NCBI GenBank assembly: GCA_965247095.1
Contig: OZ251997.1
Location: forward strand, 4,256,001 to 4,320,000
Direction: 5' to 3'
DNA from: Candidatus Multivorans sp.
GTDB taxonomy: Bacteria; Acidobacteriota; Thermoanaerobaculia; Multivoradales; Multivoraceae
DNA: 64,000 bases
Part shown: one piece after another, positions 1 to 9,364 of the stretch
Numbering within the stretch: position 1 is the first letter of the stretch
Layout of the letters: every line of letters begins with the position of its first letter
Notes under the pieces: model-generated
Databases searched by the model: none
Told to the model about the DNA's origin: nothing
What the model saw: the letters and a program-made list of their open reading frames with translations, nothing else
Program-made: the position numbers and the translations under genes

Positions 1-357
1 GGTGCCGAAGGCGAGCCGGACGTGACCCGCCCCTTCGTTGCCGTACTCGGTATCCGCCTCGTGGACGGAGACGATGTCGAGGTGGCCGTCGCCGTCGAGA
101 TCGCCCATCTTGAGCCCGTCGCCGCCGCGGATCGCGACGCCGCCGAGCTCCGCGTCGTCGATGATGTGTTCGCTCCAGGAGATCCACTGTCCGTCCTGGG
201 ACTGGGCGCGAGTCGGCGTGTCGGCGACCAGGTTGGAGGTGGGATCGGCCTCGGTCTCGCCGATCTGGCAGGCCGGCAGCGTCATGGCGAACGCCAGGAT
301 CAGGCAAGGCGCCGCAGTCCGGCGCATGCGCGGCGAGACCTCGCGCAAACCGCTCAC
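1..357 (-). CDS. FG-GAP/VCBS-repeat secreted protein, 5' part (runs off window)
   Basis: Manual reverse translation gives ISWSEHIIDDAELGGVAIRGGDGLKMGDLDGDGHLDIVSVHE, closely matching the protein at 10329-11936. GTG at 357 overlaps the upstream gene's stop. Confidence 0.8.
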   Translation of the reverse strand, partial: MSGLREVSPRMRRTAAPCLILAFAMTLPACQIGETEADPTSNLVADTPTRAQSQDGQWISWSEHIIDDAELGGVAIRGGDGLKMGDLDGDGHLDIVSVHEADTEYGNEGAGHVRLAFGT

Positions 358-2213
358 GGCCGGTACCAGATCGGTGACGACCAGGCCCGTTCCTGGATCG
401 TCGGTGGCAGGTCGGGGCGCGGCTCGACACCGGCCCGGATCGCGTCCCAGGTCGACCAGCGGCAGGTCGGGTTCTCGAGCACCCGCAGGTAGTAGACCGC
501 CCGCTGGCCGGGATCGAACCCGGGATCCTCGAACACGGTCCGGAGTTCCCCGGCGCCCAGGTCGGCCGAGATGCTGCAGTCGGAGACGTCCACCGTGGCG
601 CCGTTGTCGGGGCAGCGCGGAGGATCGCCCGACGGCATGCCGCCGTCGGAGCAGGCGACGTCGAAGATCTTCTCGTGGGCTGCGCCGCCGTCGACCCAGC
701 CCTTCACGACCTGGAGCCGCTGCAATCCGGCGCTTTCCGGGTCGCCCGAGGCCCAGAGCAGCAGCTTGGGCGCGCGGTCGCCGTTCGCCAGCAGGTCGCC
801 CCCCATCGCGACGCCTTGCTCGTAGGCCTTGGCGATCATGTCGGGATCGTCGGCGAGATCCGCGTCCAGGTCGTAGCCGCCGAAGAACCGCACCTGGATC
901 CGCGGTCCGCTGGTGGCGAACGTCTCCTTGCGGCGGAAGGCGTCGTAGATCGAGTCCCGGGTGTTCTCCTCGGCCCAGGCGCCGGTCAGACCGGAGGCGC
1001 CCCAGTTGTGGAAGTAGGTCTGGGCGTAGGCCGGGGAACCGTCCTCGTTCGGTTCGTCGAGCGGCACGGAGCCACGCAGTTGCGGCGTGCCGTCCCGGTT
1101 GCCGACCTTGCTGTGAAAGTTGTCCTCGTCCGGCGTGCCGCCGGCGTTGTGTGTGTCGGTGGCGCCGACGAGGCCGAAACGGAAGGGATTGAATCCCTGG
1201 GTCTCCTCGAGCAGCAACCCGTCGAGGTAGGCGGTGCGCACGTAGCTGCCCTTGGGCTCGCTGTAGAGCGTGGTCGCGATGCGGTGGGGCATGATCTCGA
1301 AGTCGGCCCACTCGTCGTTCGGCGACAGCAGCGGATGGACCTCGGACGTGCCCTTGACCTGGGTTACCTCGACCAGCGGCTCGTTGCGCATCCGGGTCTC
1401 GACGTACTCGGCGTCGAGCGGATCGCCACCGAACGTCATGAGGCTGAACATGTTGCCGTTGCTGCCGTTCGAGTTATGGGGGATGGCGAGCGCTTCGACA
1501 CCGTCGGCGCGCAGGCCGTCGAGCCAGGCCCACAGGTCCTCCGGATTGGCCGAGTCCATCGCGGTGAACGGGACCTCCGGCGCTTCGCTGCCGCGGAAGA
1601 TCACGTTGCGGTGGAGGTTGCCCTGGTCGGCAGCGATGGAGGTGTACTCGTAGCCGATGAAGGTGGTGAAGGCGCCGGGGTCGTTGTGCTGCTCCGCGGA
1701 CTCGACGATGCGCTGCCAGGCGGAGCGATTCGTCTGGGCCGCGTCGATCTCGTGAAACTCGCCGGCACGGTAGGCCTGCAGCGCGCGTTGGAAGCCCTCG
1801 GCGGGTCCCAGTTCGCGCAGCTCACTGGCGAGCGGGACTTCGTACAGCGGATCCTCCGGGTCGTCCATCGCCGGCAGAACGCCGAGCAGGATGCCGTGGT
1901 CGGTGACGGCCTGGAAGTCCAGCGGCCGGCTGAGCTGCATCGCGTGCCCGGCGGGGTGGAGGAGGGGCTCGCCGCGGGCGAAGCGGTAGGCGTCGTCGGG
2001 GCTGGCCCGGACCTCGAAGATGTAGGCGTCCATCGAGAAGCGGGTGTGGACGTGCAGATCGCCGAAGTAGGCGTTGCGCAGGGGATTGGGCTGTGGCGCA
2101 CTCGCCGCGTCCGACCCGTCAGTCCCGGCGCCGGCGCCATCGTCGGCTTCCCCGCAGCCGATCAGCAGCATCGGAACGACAAGCGCGAGCGCTGGAAGGC
2201 GTGTCCATCTCAT
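354..2213 (-). CDS. DUF3604 family lipoprotein (PHP-like metal-dependent hydrolase)
   Basis: YFGDLHVHT, VTDH, NLHRNVIFR and C-terminal ERAWSSPIWY motifs; lipobox LLIGC; start placed at ATG 2213. Confidence 0.88.
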   Translation of the reverse strand: MRWTRLPALALVVPMLLIGCGEADDGAGAGTDGSDAASAPQPNPLRNAYFGDLHVHTRFSMDAYIFEVRASPDDAYRFARGEPLLHPAGHAMQLSRPLDFQAVTDHGILLGVLPAMDDPEDPLYEVPLASELRELGPAEGFQRALQAYRAGEFHEIDAAQTNRSAWQRIVESAEQHNDPGAFTTFIGYEYTSIAADQGNLHRNVIFRGSEAPEVPFTAMDSANPEDLWAWLDGLRADGVEALAIPHNSNGSNGNMFSLMTFGGDPLDAEYVETRMRNEPLVEVTQVKGTSEVHPLLSPNDEWADFEIMPHRIATTLYSEPKGSYVRTAYLDGLLLEETQGFNPFRFGLVGATDTHNAGGTPDEDNFHSKVGNRDGTPQLRGSVPLDEPNEDGSPAYAQTYFHNWGASGLTGAWAEENTRDSIYDAFRRKETFATSGPRIQVRFFGGYDLDADLADDPDMIAKAYEQGVAMGGDLLANGDRAPKLLLWASGDPESAGLQRLQVVKGWVDGGAAHEKIFDVACSDGGMPSGDPPRCPDNGATVDVSDCSISADLGAGELRTVFEDPGFDPGQRAVYYLRVLENPTCRWSTWDAIRAGVEPRPDLPPTIQERAWSSPIWYRP

Positions 2214-2246
2214 GGCGGATTTCCTCGAACGTAGTTGGGAGGTAGG

Positions 2247-3296
2247 ATGCTGAGTGTAGCGTTTGCGAATCCGGCGCTTTGCGCCGGGTTCCCAGGATCG
2301 GAACGAGAAGTGAGCGGAAACCGGAGCAACAAAGTGATCTGTCTCGTGCCCCCAGGTCCGCGCGATCAGATCGCCCGGTTCCCGGAGCACTGGGCGCCTC
2401 GCTTCGTCCATCGCAACGACGACCTCACCGCCGAACTGACGGAGGGCGCCCGCGCTCTGCTGACCACCCACCCGTACCTGGTGGGACGGACCGAGCTGGA
2501 ACTCCTGAACGGCGTGGAACTCGTGCAGCAGGTCGGTGTCGGCATCGACAACATCGACGTGGCAGCGGCCCGCGAACTCGGGGTCCCTGTCTGCAACGTG
2601 CCCCAGGCCAACGCCGTGTCGGTGGCCGAGTACGTGATCATGGCGTGCATCTTCCTGTTGCGCCGGATGGAGGAGGCGGCGGCGGCCCTGCGAAGGCTGG
2701 AGAACCCGTACCCGGCTCTGTTCGTCAAGGGAAGCCACGAGGTCCGAGGGAAGAGGCTCGGGCTGATCGGCTACGGGGCGATCGCGCACGAAGTCGCGAA
2801 GCGGGCCCGGGCGCTCGAGATGGAGCTTCTTTCCGCCGCCACCCCGGAACGTGAGCGCGAGCGCGGATTGGCGCCGAGCCCGGACGAGCGCCAGCTCGGT
2901 GTCGAGCGCATGTCGTTCGAGCGCCTGCTACGGGAGGCCGACGTGGTCAGCCTCCACGTGCCGCTGACCGATTCCACGCGGGATCTGATCGGCGCCCGGG
3001 AATTGGGGCTGATGAAGCCGTCGGCGTTTCTCATCAACACGTCGCGCGGAGGTATCGTCAACGAAGAGGAACTCGCTGCGGCGCTCTCCTGTGGGCGGAT
3101 CGCCGGCGCCGCCATCGACGTCTTCAGCGTGGAGCCGATCCGGTCGGACAATCCCCTGCTTTCAGCCCCCAATGCCTTCCTCTCTCCCCACAGCGGCGGC
3201 AGCACGAACGAGTGCGTGATAGACGCGATCCGGGAGAGCATCGCCAACGTCGACCGTGTCCTGCGCGGAGAGGAGCCGCACCATCGTGTCTGCTGA
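2247..3296 (+). CDS. D-isomer-specific 2-hydroxyacid dehydrogenase (SerA/GhrB-like)
   Basis: VGIDNID, NAVSVAE, GLIGYGAIA, LHVPLT, INTSRG, DVFSVEP, SPHSGG. Confidence 0.9.
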   Translation: MLSVAFANPALCAGFPGSEREVSGNRSNKVICLVPPGPRDQIARFPEHWAPRFVHRNDDLTAELTEGARALLTTHPYLVGRTELELLNGVELVQQVGVGIDNIDVAAARELGVPVCNVPQANAVSVAEYVIMACIFLLRRMEEAAAALRRLENPYPALFVKGSHEVRGKRLGLIGYGAIAHEVAKRARALEMELLSAATPERERERGLAPSPDERQLGVERMSFERLLREADVVSLHVPLTDSTRDLIGARELGLMKPSAFLINTSRGGIVNEEELAAALSCGRIAGAAIDVFSVEPIRSDNPLLSAPNAFLSPHSGGSTNECVIDAIRESIANVDRVLRGEEPHHRVC

Positions 3297-3627
3297 CGTT
3301 TCACCGGTGAGCCCGGTTGCAAGCAACGACGGCGCCTCGGGCCACGTCATCGAGGCCAGGGAAGTGCCGCGGCCGAAGGTCCAGCGCGGCTACATCGAGA
3401 TCTTCGAGCAGCTCTGCAAGGGCTGCGATCTCTGCATCCCGGCCTGCCCGGTACGCATCATCGAGCCGGGGCGGGGCGCCAACATGATGGGCTGGAGGCC
3501 GGTGGTGGTGGAGGCGGACGCGATGAAGTACTGCATCGGCTGCAATCTCTGCGCGATGGTCTGCCCCGATCAGGCGATCGAGGTCCACCGTTTCGAGCGG
3601 CCGATTCCCCACGAGGAGTTGCCATGA
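3286..3627 (+). CDS. 2x[4Fe-4S] ferredoxin, delta subunit of 2-oxoacid:ferredoxin oxidoreductase
   Basis: CKGCDLCIPACP and CIGCNLCAMVCP; overlaps the alpha-subunit start. Confidence 0.88.
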   Translation: MSADVSPVSPVASNDGASGHVIEAREVPRPKVQRGYIEIFEQLCKGCDLCIPACPVRIIEPGRGANMMGWRPVVVEADAMKYCIGCNLCAMVCPDQAIEVHRFERPIPHEELP

Positions 3628-4883
3628 GCGAGAAGCCCTTCGAGCCGCCGATCGGCAAGCCGACGATGGGCGCTCACGCGATGGGGATCGGCGCCATGGT
3701 CGCCGGCCTCGACTACTTCGCCGGCTATCCGATCACCCCACAGACCGAACTGCTCGAGTACGTAGCGGAGGCCCTGCCCGAGCATGGCGGCGTCTTCCAG
3801 CAACTCGGCGACGAGATCTCGAGCGTCATGGCGGTGTTCGGCGCCGCCGCGTGCGGCAAGCGGGCGATGACCGCCTCGGTCGGCCCGGGACTGACGCTCA
3901 TGATCGACGGCCTGACCAACGCCGCCGGCGCCGAGACGCCGATGGTGCTGGGGGCGCTCACCCGCGCCCATGTCGGCGTCTCGGGCGGTCTCTATCCGGC
4001 GCAGTCGGACATTCGCATGCTGCGGGGTCTTGGCAACGGCGACTACCAGTTGCCGCTCTACGCGCCGTCGACGATCACCGAGACGGTCCAGTTCACCGCC
4101 GAGGCGTTCGACGTCGCCGATCTCTACAGCATCCCGGCGGTGGTCTGCATCGACGGCAAGATGGCGAACATGATCGAGACGCTGCAGCCGTTCGAGGTGC
4201 CGGAGCGCGACCTGCCGGACAAGACCTGGGCGCTCGACCGTTCGCTTAGGGAGAAGCGCCGGGTGGTGGGCGCGGCCCGAACGCCCGAACTCGACACGAT
4301 GGTCTGCTACGAGATCCAGAACAAGCTCGAGCGGATGCGCGCGGAGGAGACGCGCTGGGACACCTTCCTCTGCGACGACGCCGAGTTCGTCGTAGTCGCC
4401 TACGGCATCATGGCGAGGATCGCGAGAGAGGCGGTCAAGCGGGCGCGCGAGGAAGGGATCAAGGTCGGGCTCTTCCGGCCGATCACCCTCTTCCCGTTCC
4501 CGGAGGCGCCGCTCGGCGACCTCGCCGCCAGCGCCCGGGAGATGCTGATGGTCGAGATCAACTTCGGCCAGGTCCTCACCGACGTGCGCCTGGCGGTCGC
4601 CGGTCGGTGCCCTGTCCAGTTCCTGGGACAGCCGGCCCTGGCGATCCCGGCCGGGGCCGTGCTCGAAGCCATCCGGCAGATGGCAGCCGGGCAGCCGGTC
4701 GAGCCGCGGGACTTCTTCGACATCCATCCCACCGCCTTCCACCTCGCCGACACCCATCCCCCGGCGAGAAGGCAGATGCTCGACCAACTCGCCGCCAAAC
4801 GGGGGCGCGACAGCGCCCAGGGGATGCTCGACAACCTGCTGGGCATCCGCAAGAACTCGGTGATCCCGGAGATTGGAAAGTGA
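3624..4883 (+). CDS. 2-oxoacid:ferredoxin oxidoreductase alpha subunit (VorB/KorA-like)
   Basis: AGYPITPQTE, TASVGPGL, GLFRPITLFPFP, VEINFGQ. Confidence 0.9.
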   Translation: MSEKPFEPPIGKPTMGAHAMGIGAMVAGLDYFAGYPITPQTELLEYVAEALPEHGGVFQQLGDEISSVMAVFGAAACGKRAMTASVGPGLTLMIDGLTNAAGAETPMVLGALTRAHVGVSGGLYPAQSDIRMLRGLGNGDYQLPLYAPSTITETVQFTAEAFDVADLYSIPAVVCIDGKMANMIETLQPFEVPERDLPDKTWALDRSLREKRRVVGAARTPELDTMVCYEIQNKLERMRAEETRWDTFLCDDAEFVVVAYGIMARIAREAVKRAREEGIKVGLFRPITLFPFPEAPLGDLAASAREMLMVEINFGQVLTDVRLAVAGRCPVQFLGQPALAIPAGAVLEAIRQMAAGQPVEPRDFFDIHPTAFHLADTHPPARRQMLDQLAAKRGRDSAQGMLDNLLGIRKNSVIPEIGK

Positions 4884-5716
4884 CTGAACCAGCCGCACGG
4901 TCGACGAAGCGCTACACGCCGCCCGAGGGCGCTGCCGCGCGCAAGATCTCGCCCCAGCTCGATGTCCATACCGGGCTGCCGTCGTCCTGGTGTCCGGGGT
5001 GCGGGCACGGGTCGGTCAGCCAGATCCTGTGCGATCTGGTGACCGAGCTCGATCTGGCCGAGAGGACGATCCTGGCCCTGGGCGTCGGCTGCGGCTCGGC
5101 GATCGCGGCGCAGATGGAGGTGAACACGGTGCTCTCGCCGCACGGCCGCGCCAGCGACACCGCCACCGGCGTCTCGCGCATGGTCCCCGACCGCGTCGTC
5201 GTCCAGTACTCGGGCGACGGCGACTCCTGCGGCATCGGGCTGGCGGGCCTGATGCACGCCTGCAACCGGCGCGAGAACTTCATCGTCGTCATCTACAACA
5301 ACAACGCCTATGGCATGACCGGCGGCCAGATGGGCCCGACCACCACCAAGGACGTGCCGACGACCAACTTCCAGGGCGGCCGCGACGAGGAGGTCATGGG
5401 CTATCCCATGGACATCATCAAGACCCTGGCGCACTTTCCCGGCGTGGTCTATGCGGGGCGTTGCGCTCTGACCTCGGGTGTCCGCTACGGGGAGGCGAGC
5501 CGGATGATCCGGCGGGCCTTCGAAATTCACCTCGCCGGCATCAAGGGGATGAAGGTCATCGACTGCCTCGGCAACTGCAACGTGAACTGGAAGGGCGGCG
5601 GCGTGACCTTCACGCCGGAGAGCTCGAACCAGTTCATCGAAGACAAGATCATGAAGTACTTCGAGATGGGCGAGGCGACGGTGCCTGAGGGCTACCCGCC
5701 GATCCGCGTGCGATGA
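4880..5716 (+). CDS. 2-oxoacid:ferredoxin oxidoreductase beta subunit (TPP-binding)
   Basis: WCPGCGH, HGRA, GDGD...YNNNAYGMTGGQ; GTG start overlaps the alpha stop (GTGA). Confidence 0.9.
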   Translation: MTEPAARSTKRYTPPEGAAARKISPQLDVHTGLPSSWCPGCGHGSVSQILCDLVTELDLAERTILALGVGCGSAIAAQMEVNTVLSPHGRASDTATGVSRMVPDRVVVQYSGDGDSCGIGLAGLMHACNRRENFIVVIYNNNAYGMTGGQMGPTTTKDVPTTNFQGGRDEEVMGYPMDIIKTLAHFPGVVYAGRCALTSGVRYGEASRMIRRAFEIHLAGIKGMKVIDCLGNCNVNWKGGGVTFTPESSNQFIEDKIMKYFEMGEATVPEGYPPIRVR

Positions 5717-6369
5717 CGGCGGGCGCGAACCCGGGTGGCGCGATCTCGCGCCACCCGCGAACCACTCCGTGTGCCCGTCATCGGGCGCACGGATGGAACC
5801 CGGGCAGGCCTGTGGTCGAGCGCGTCGGCGGCGCCGGCACCGGCGGCGCCGGTCTGCTGACCTGCCTCAAGACGCTCGGCTACGCGGCCGCCGCCAAGGG
5901 CTGGCACATGGCCTACACCTCCGACTACAACCCGGAGACCCGCGGCGGCCTGGTGGAGGGCACGGTCGTCCTGTCGAGCGACGAGCCGATCGACAACCCG
6001 GTGATCGAGTCGTACACCGCGGTGCTGGCGTTCGATCACGCCGGCTACCTGTCCTACGGCCCGGGCGTCGAGCCCGGCGGGCTCATCCTGTGGGACAGTT
6101 CGAGGGTCAGGAATCCGCCACCCCTGGTGGGCGTCCGGTCGTACGGCGTGCCGGTGTTCCAGTTGGCGCGCGACGGCGGCGCCCCGGGCCTCGCGAACAT
6201 GGGCATGCTGGGCCTCTACAACCGGATCGCCGGTCACTTCACCATCGACGAACTGCTCGCCGGCATGGAGGACTACCTGCCGGTCTGGCGTCACAAGCTG
6301 CTGCCGGGCAATCGGGCGGTGCTCGAAGCGGTGTCCCGGATCGATCCCGAGGAGTACCGGGTTGCCTGA
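5713..6369 (+). CDS. 2-oxoacid:ferredoxin oxidoreductase gamma subunit, with a 23-aa N-terminal insertion
   Basis: GAGTGGAG, YNPETRGG, ANMGMLG; ATGA overlap with beta. Confidence 0.85.
   Translation: MTAGANPGGAISRHPRTTPCARHRAHGWNPGRPVVERVGGAGTGGAGLLTCLKTLGYAAAAKGWHMAYTSDYNPETRGGLVEGTVVLSSDEPIDNPVIESYTAVLAFDHAGYLSYGPGVEPGGLILWDSSRVRNPPPLVGVRSYGVPVFQLARDGGAPGLANMGMLGLYNRIAGHFTIDELLAGMEDYLPVWRHKLLPGNRAVLEAVSRIDPEEYRVA
5727..5796. repeat. 69-70 bp double-hairpin repeat element, copy 1 (in frame in gamma subunit)
   Basis: 64/70 identical to 34261-34330; GAACCCGGG direct repeats at 5727-5735 and 5796-5804. Confidence 0.85.
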
Positions 6370-6378
6370 GGAGCTCTC

Positions 6379-7866
6379 ATGATCAGACGATCTCTCTTCG
6401 TGGCAGTGGCGTTGGGCGCCGTGCTTGGCTGCGGCCAGGATCCGGCCGGCGAAGCGGTGGACGGCGAGGCGCAGCGGCCGCCCAACGTCGTGTTCATCCT
6501 GGCCGACGATCTCGGCTACGGCGATCTCGGGCTCTACGGCAGCGACATCATCGAGACGCCGCACATCGACGCGCTCGCCGCCGCCGGCGTGCGGTTCGAC
6601 GCCGGCTACGTGACCGCCGCGGTCTGCAGCCCGTCCCGGGCCGGTCTGATGACCGGCCGCTACCCGCAGCGTCACGGCTACGAGTTCAACCCGTCGGGCC
6701 AGGACTACGGATTGAGCCTCGACGAGACGACGCTGGCCGAAGTGCTCCGAGCCGCGGGCTACGCGACCGGCGCCGTGGGCAAGTGGCAGCTCGGCTGGGG
6801 CGACGGCAAACACCCGCTCGACCGCGGCTTCGACGAGTTCTTCGGCATGCAGAGCGGGTCGATCTACATCGAACCGTCTACCGAAGGAGTCGAGAACTGG
6901 AGTCCGCTGCCGCTGCCCGAGGTGCGGCGGCGGCCGATCTTCCGCGGGCGTGAAGTCGTCGAGGAGACCGAGTACCTGACCGAGGTCTTGACCCGCGAGG
7001 CCCTCGACTTCATCGACCGGCACCACGACCGGCCGTTCTTCCTCTACCTGGCGCACTACACGCCCCACGTTCCTCTCCAGGCGACGGCGAAGTACCTCGA
7101 CCGCTACCGCCACATCGAGGACCAGAAGACCCGCATCTTCGCGGCGATGGTCGCGGCCCTCGACGACAGCGTCGGCGAGGTCAGGGCCCGGCTGCGGGAG
7201 CACGGCGTCGAGGACGACACCCTGATCGTCTTCCTCTCCGACAACGGTTGCGCCTTCTACCTCCAGGGCGGATGCACCAACGGTCCGCTCAGCGGCGGCA
7301 AGCGCTGGTTCTTCGAAGGCGGCATCCGGGTGCCCTTCCTGCTGAACTGGCCGGGAAAGGTGGAACCGGGCCAGGTCTACCGGCCGGCGGTGTCGTCACT
7401 CGATCTGCTGCCCACGCTGGCGGCGGCGGCCGGCGCTTCGCTGCCCGAGAAGCCGCTCGACGGCGTCGATCTCCTTCCTTACCTTCGCGGCGAGGTCGAC
7501 GGCGTTCCCCACGAGTACCTGTTCTGGCGGGCCGGTCCGAACCGCGCCGTCCGCCGCGGCGACTGGAAGCTCTGGCAGGTCAACCGCGCCTCGGAGGAAC
7601 AGGTCGCTTCGCTCCCGCTGCTTGGCGCCCTGTTCCCGGACTGGGAAGCGCCCCACGGGTCGCCGCTCGGCCAGTTGAACCGGCTGCACGACCTGGAGAA
7701 CGACCTCGGCGAGCGGATTCCCGTCGCCGACGACGAGCAGGCGGTGCTCGAAGAGCTCAGGCGCGCCCTCGATGCCTGGGAGAGCGAACTCGTCGAGCCG
7801 CGGTGGTGGAGCAACCGGGGCACCGCCGGCATGGTCGACGACGAAGCGATCGAACTCATCTTCTGA
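6379..7866 (+). CDS. Formylglycine-dependent sulfatase (arylsulfatase A family), lipoprotein
   Basis: PNVVFILADDLGYGD, CSPSRAGLMTG, GKWQLG, SDNG; lipobox VLGC. Confidence 0.93.
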   Translation: MIRRSLFVAVALGAVLGCGQDPAGEAVDGEAQRPPNVVFILADDLGYGDLGLYGSDIIETPHIDALAAAGVRFDAGYVTAAVCSPSRAGLMTGRYPQRHGYEFNPSGQDYGLSLDETTLAEVLRAAGYATGAVGKWQLGWGDGKHPLDRGFDEFFGMQSGSIYIEPSTEGVENWSPLPLPEVRRRPIFRGREVVEETEYLTEVLTREALDFIDRHHDRPFFLYLAHYTPHVPLQATAKYLDRYRHIEDQKTRIFAAMVAALDDSVGEVRARLREHGVEDDTLIVFLSDNGCAFYLQGGCTNGPLSGGKRWFFEGGIRVPFLLNWPGKVEPGQVYRPAVSSLDLLPTLAAAAGASLPEKPLDGVDLLPYLRGEVDGVPHEYLFWRAGPNRAVRRGDWKLWQVNRASEEQVASLPLLGALFPDWEAPHGSPLGQLNRLHDLENDLGERIPVADDEQAVLEELRRALDAWESELVEPRWWSNRGTAGMVDDEAIELIF

Positions 7867-9295
7867 ACCACCTGGAACGCGCTTGCGAGGTCCCTCGCGG
7901 CAGCGGCGGCAAGGAGAGACCTTCGGCCTCGCGAGTTGAGTCCGGTCGCCGCCGCTCCGCGACCTCCGCCGCGCGTTCGAGGTCGATCCGCTCAATGTCG
8001 TTCCACGGCACGTACTCCGCACCCTCGCCGCCGCCGGTGAAGATCAGCATGCCGGCGTTCGCCGCGCCGAGATCTCCGGCGCACTCCAGTTGCAGGATCT
8101 CGCCGTTGTGGAGCGTTACTCCGGCGCGTCGTCCGGCGGCGCACGCCTCACGGTCGAGAGGCGCAATCGAGGCGACCAGACCGAAGGGGATCGTGTAGTC
8201 GACGCCGCGGGCCGGGGCGTCGAGCGTCTCGGTCGTTTCGCTCTCGTCGAGGTCGTAGACGAGCCGACCGGTGAGACGGCGGCCGGTGCGGGTGGTGACG
8301 CTGCCCACAAGCGGTCGCCCCGGCGGGAAGTCGTCGTAGGCCGGGCCGCTGCCGCCGGGGTTGAAGTCGAGGTGCTCGAAAGCGTTCCACGAGACCAGCA
8401 CCCGGCCGTAGCGCCGGTCGTCGACGTAGATCCCGCGATTGCCGCGGCCGACCTCGCGGGTACCGGAGAGCACGAGCTCGCGGCCGTCGAGCAACGTGAC
8501 CAGGGAGCTGTCGTCCGACTCGCGCGCGATGGTGCGGATGGCGTCGAACCGCAGGCTGAGTTCACCGTCGGCGGTGCGGCCCTTGAGCTCATCGGCGCCG
8601 ACGCACTTCTCCCGGTCCCACTGGAGGAAGCCGGTGAAGTCGCCCTGGGGCGTGCGCACCGTACCGTGCAGCCGGTCGGGGGCGGCTGTCAGCCCGGCGG
8701 TGGGGAGAAACTCGATGGCGCGTGTGAGGCGTTCGCCGAGGTCCACGACGCCGTGCCTGCCGTTCCACACCCGCACGCCGTCCGCCAGGTCGTCGGCTGC
8801 GAAGCGGTCGAGGATGAACTCGGTCCCGCTCTTGAGCGTCACCAGGATGTCGCGGCCGCGTGGCTCGATGCGCTTAATGTCGCCGAAGCGGGCCATGAAT
8901 GGCCGACCGAGAGGAATCGGACGCTCCCGCTGGGCGATCTCGACGCCGAAGATCTTGATCGGGCGGCTCTGCTTCAGCCGCTCGGGAGGCGCGTCGGCGG
9001 CCCAGGGGTTCTCTTTCTTGAAGCCGTTGAAGTAGTCGCCCCAGAATGCCTCTTCGTCGCCCCCCCAGCGCAGCCGCCCTTCGTACGTGGCGGCGTCATG
9101 GGTTGTGATGCGGCCGTAGATGAAGCCTTGGTGGGCCTCGGACCCCTCCGCGTCGGTCAGTTGGCTGATCGCGGGCGAGATCGCCGCGTCCGGCTCGCCG
9201 TTCTGCCTGGACAGCAGGCGGCCGAAGGTGAGGGCGAGAGCGAGGGAGAGGAGGACGAGCACCGCGGCGGCCCCAGCGATCGTGGCTCTCGTCAT
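7856..9295 (-). CDS. Membrane-anchored hypothetical protein with three internal beta-rich repeats
   Basis: N-terminal hydrophobic helix; repeated G-x-[IV]-x-T...G-x-L-x-[WY] motif. Confidence 0.7.
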   Translation of the reverse strand: MTRATIAGAAAVLVLLSLALALTFGRLLSRQNGEPDAAISPAISQLTDAEGSEAHQGFIYGRITTHDAATYEGRLRWGGDEEAFWGDYFNGFKKENPWAADAPPERLKQSRPIKIFGVEIAQRERPIPLGRPFMARFGDIKRIEPRGRDILVTLKSGTEFILDRFAADDLADGVRVWNGRHGVVDLGERLTRAIEFLPTAGLTAAPDRLHGTVRTPQGDFTGFLQWDREKCVGADELKGRTADGELSLRFDAIRTIARESDDSSLVTLLDGRELVLSGTREVGRGNRGIYVDDRRYGRVLVSWNAFEHLDFNPGGSGPAYDDFPPGRPLVGSVTTRTGRRLTGRLVYDLDESETTETLDAPARGVDYTIPFGLVASIAPLDREACAAGRRAGVTLHNGEILQLECAGDLGAANAGMLIFTGGGEGAEYVPWNDIERIDLERAAEVAERRRPDSTREAEGLSLPPLPRGTSQARSRWFRR

Positions 9296-9364
9296 GGCCG
9301 GTACATTCTGTCCGAACCTGGGGCGGCCACCGCCTAGGCCGGCAAACTAAACTTGGAATCGCGC

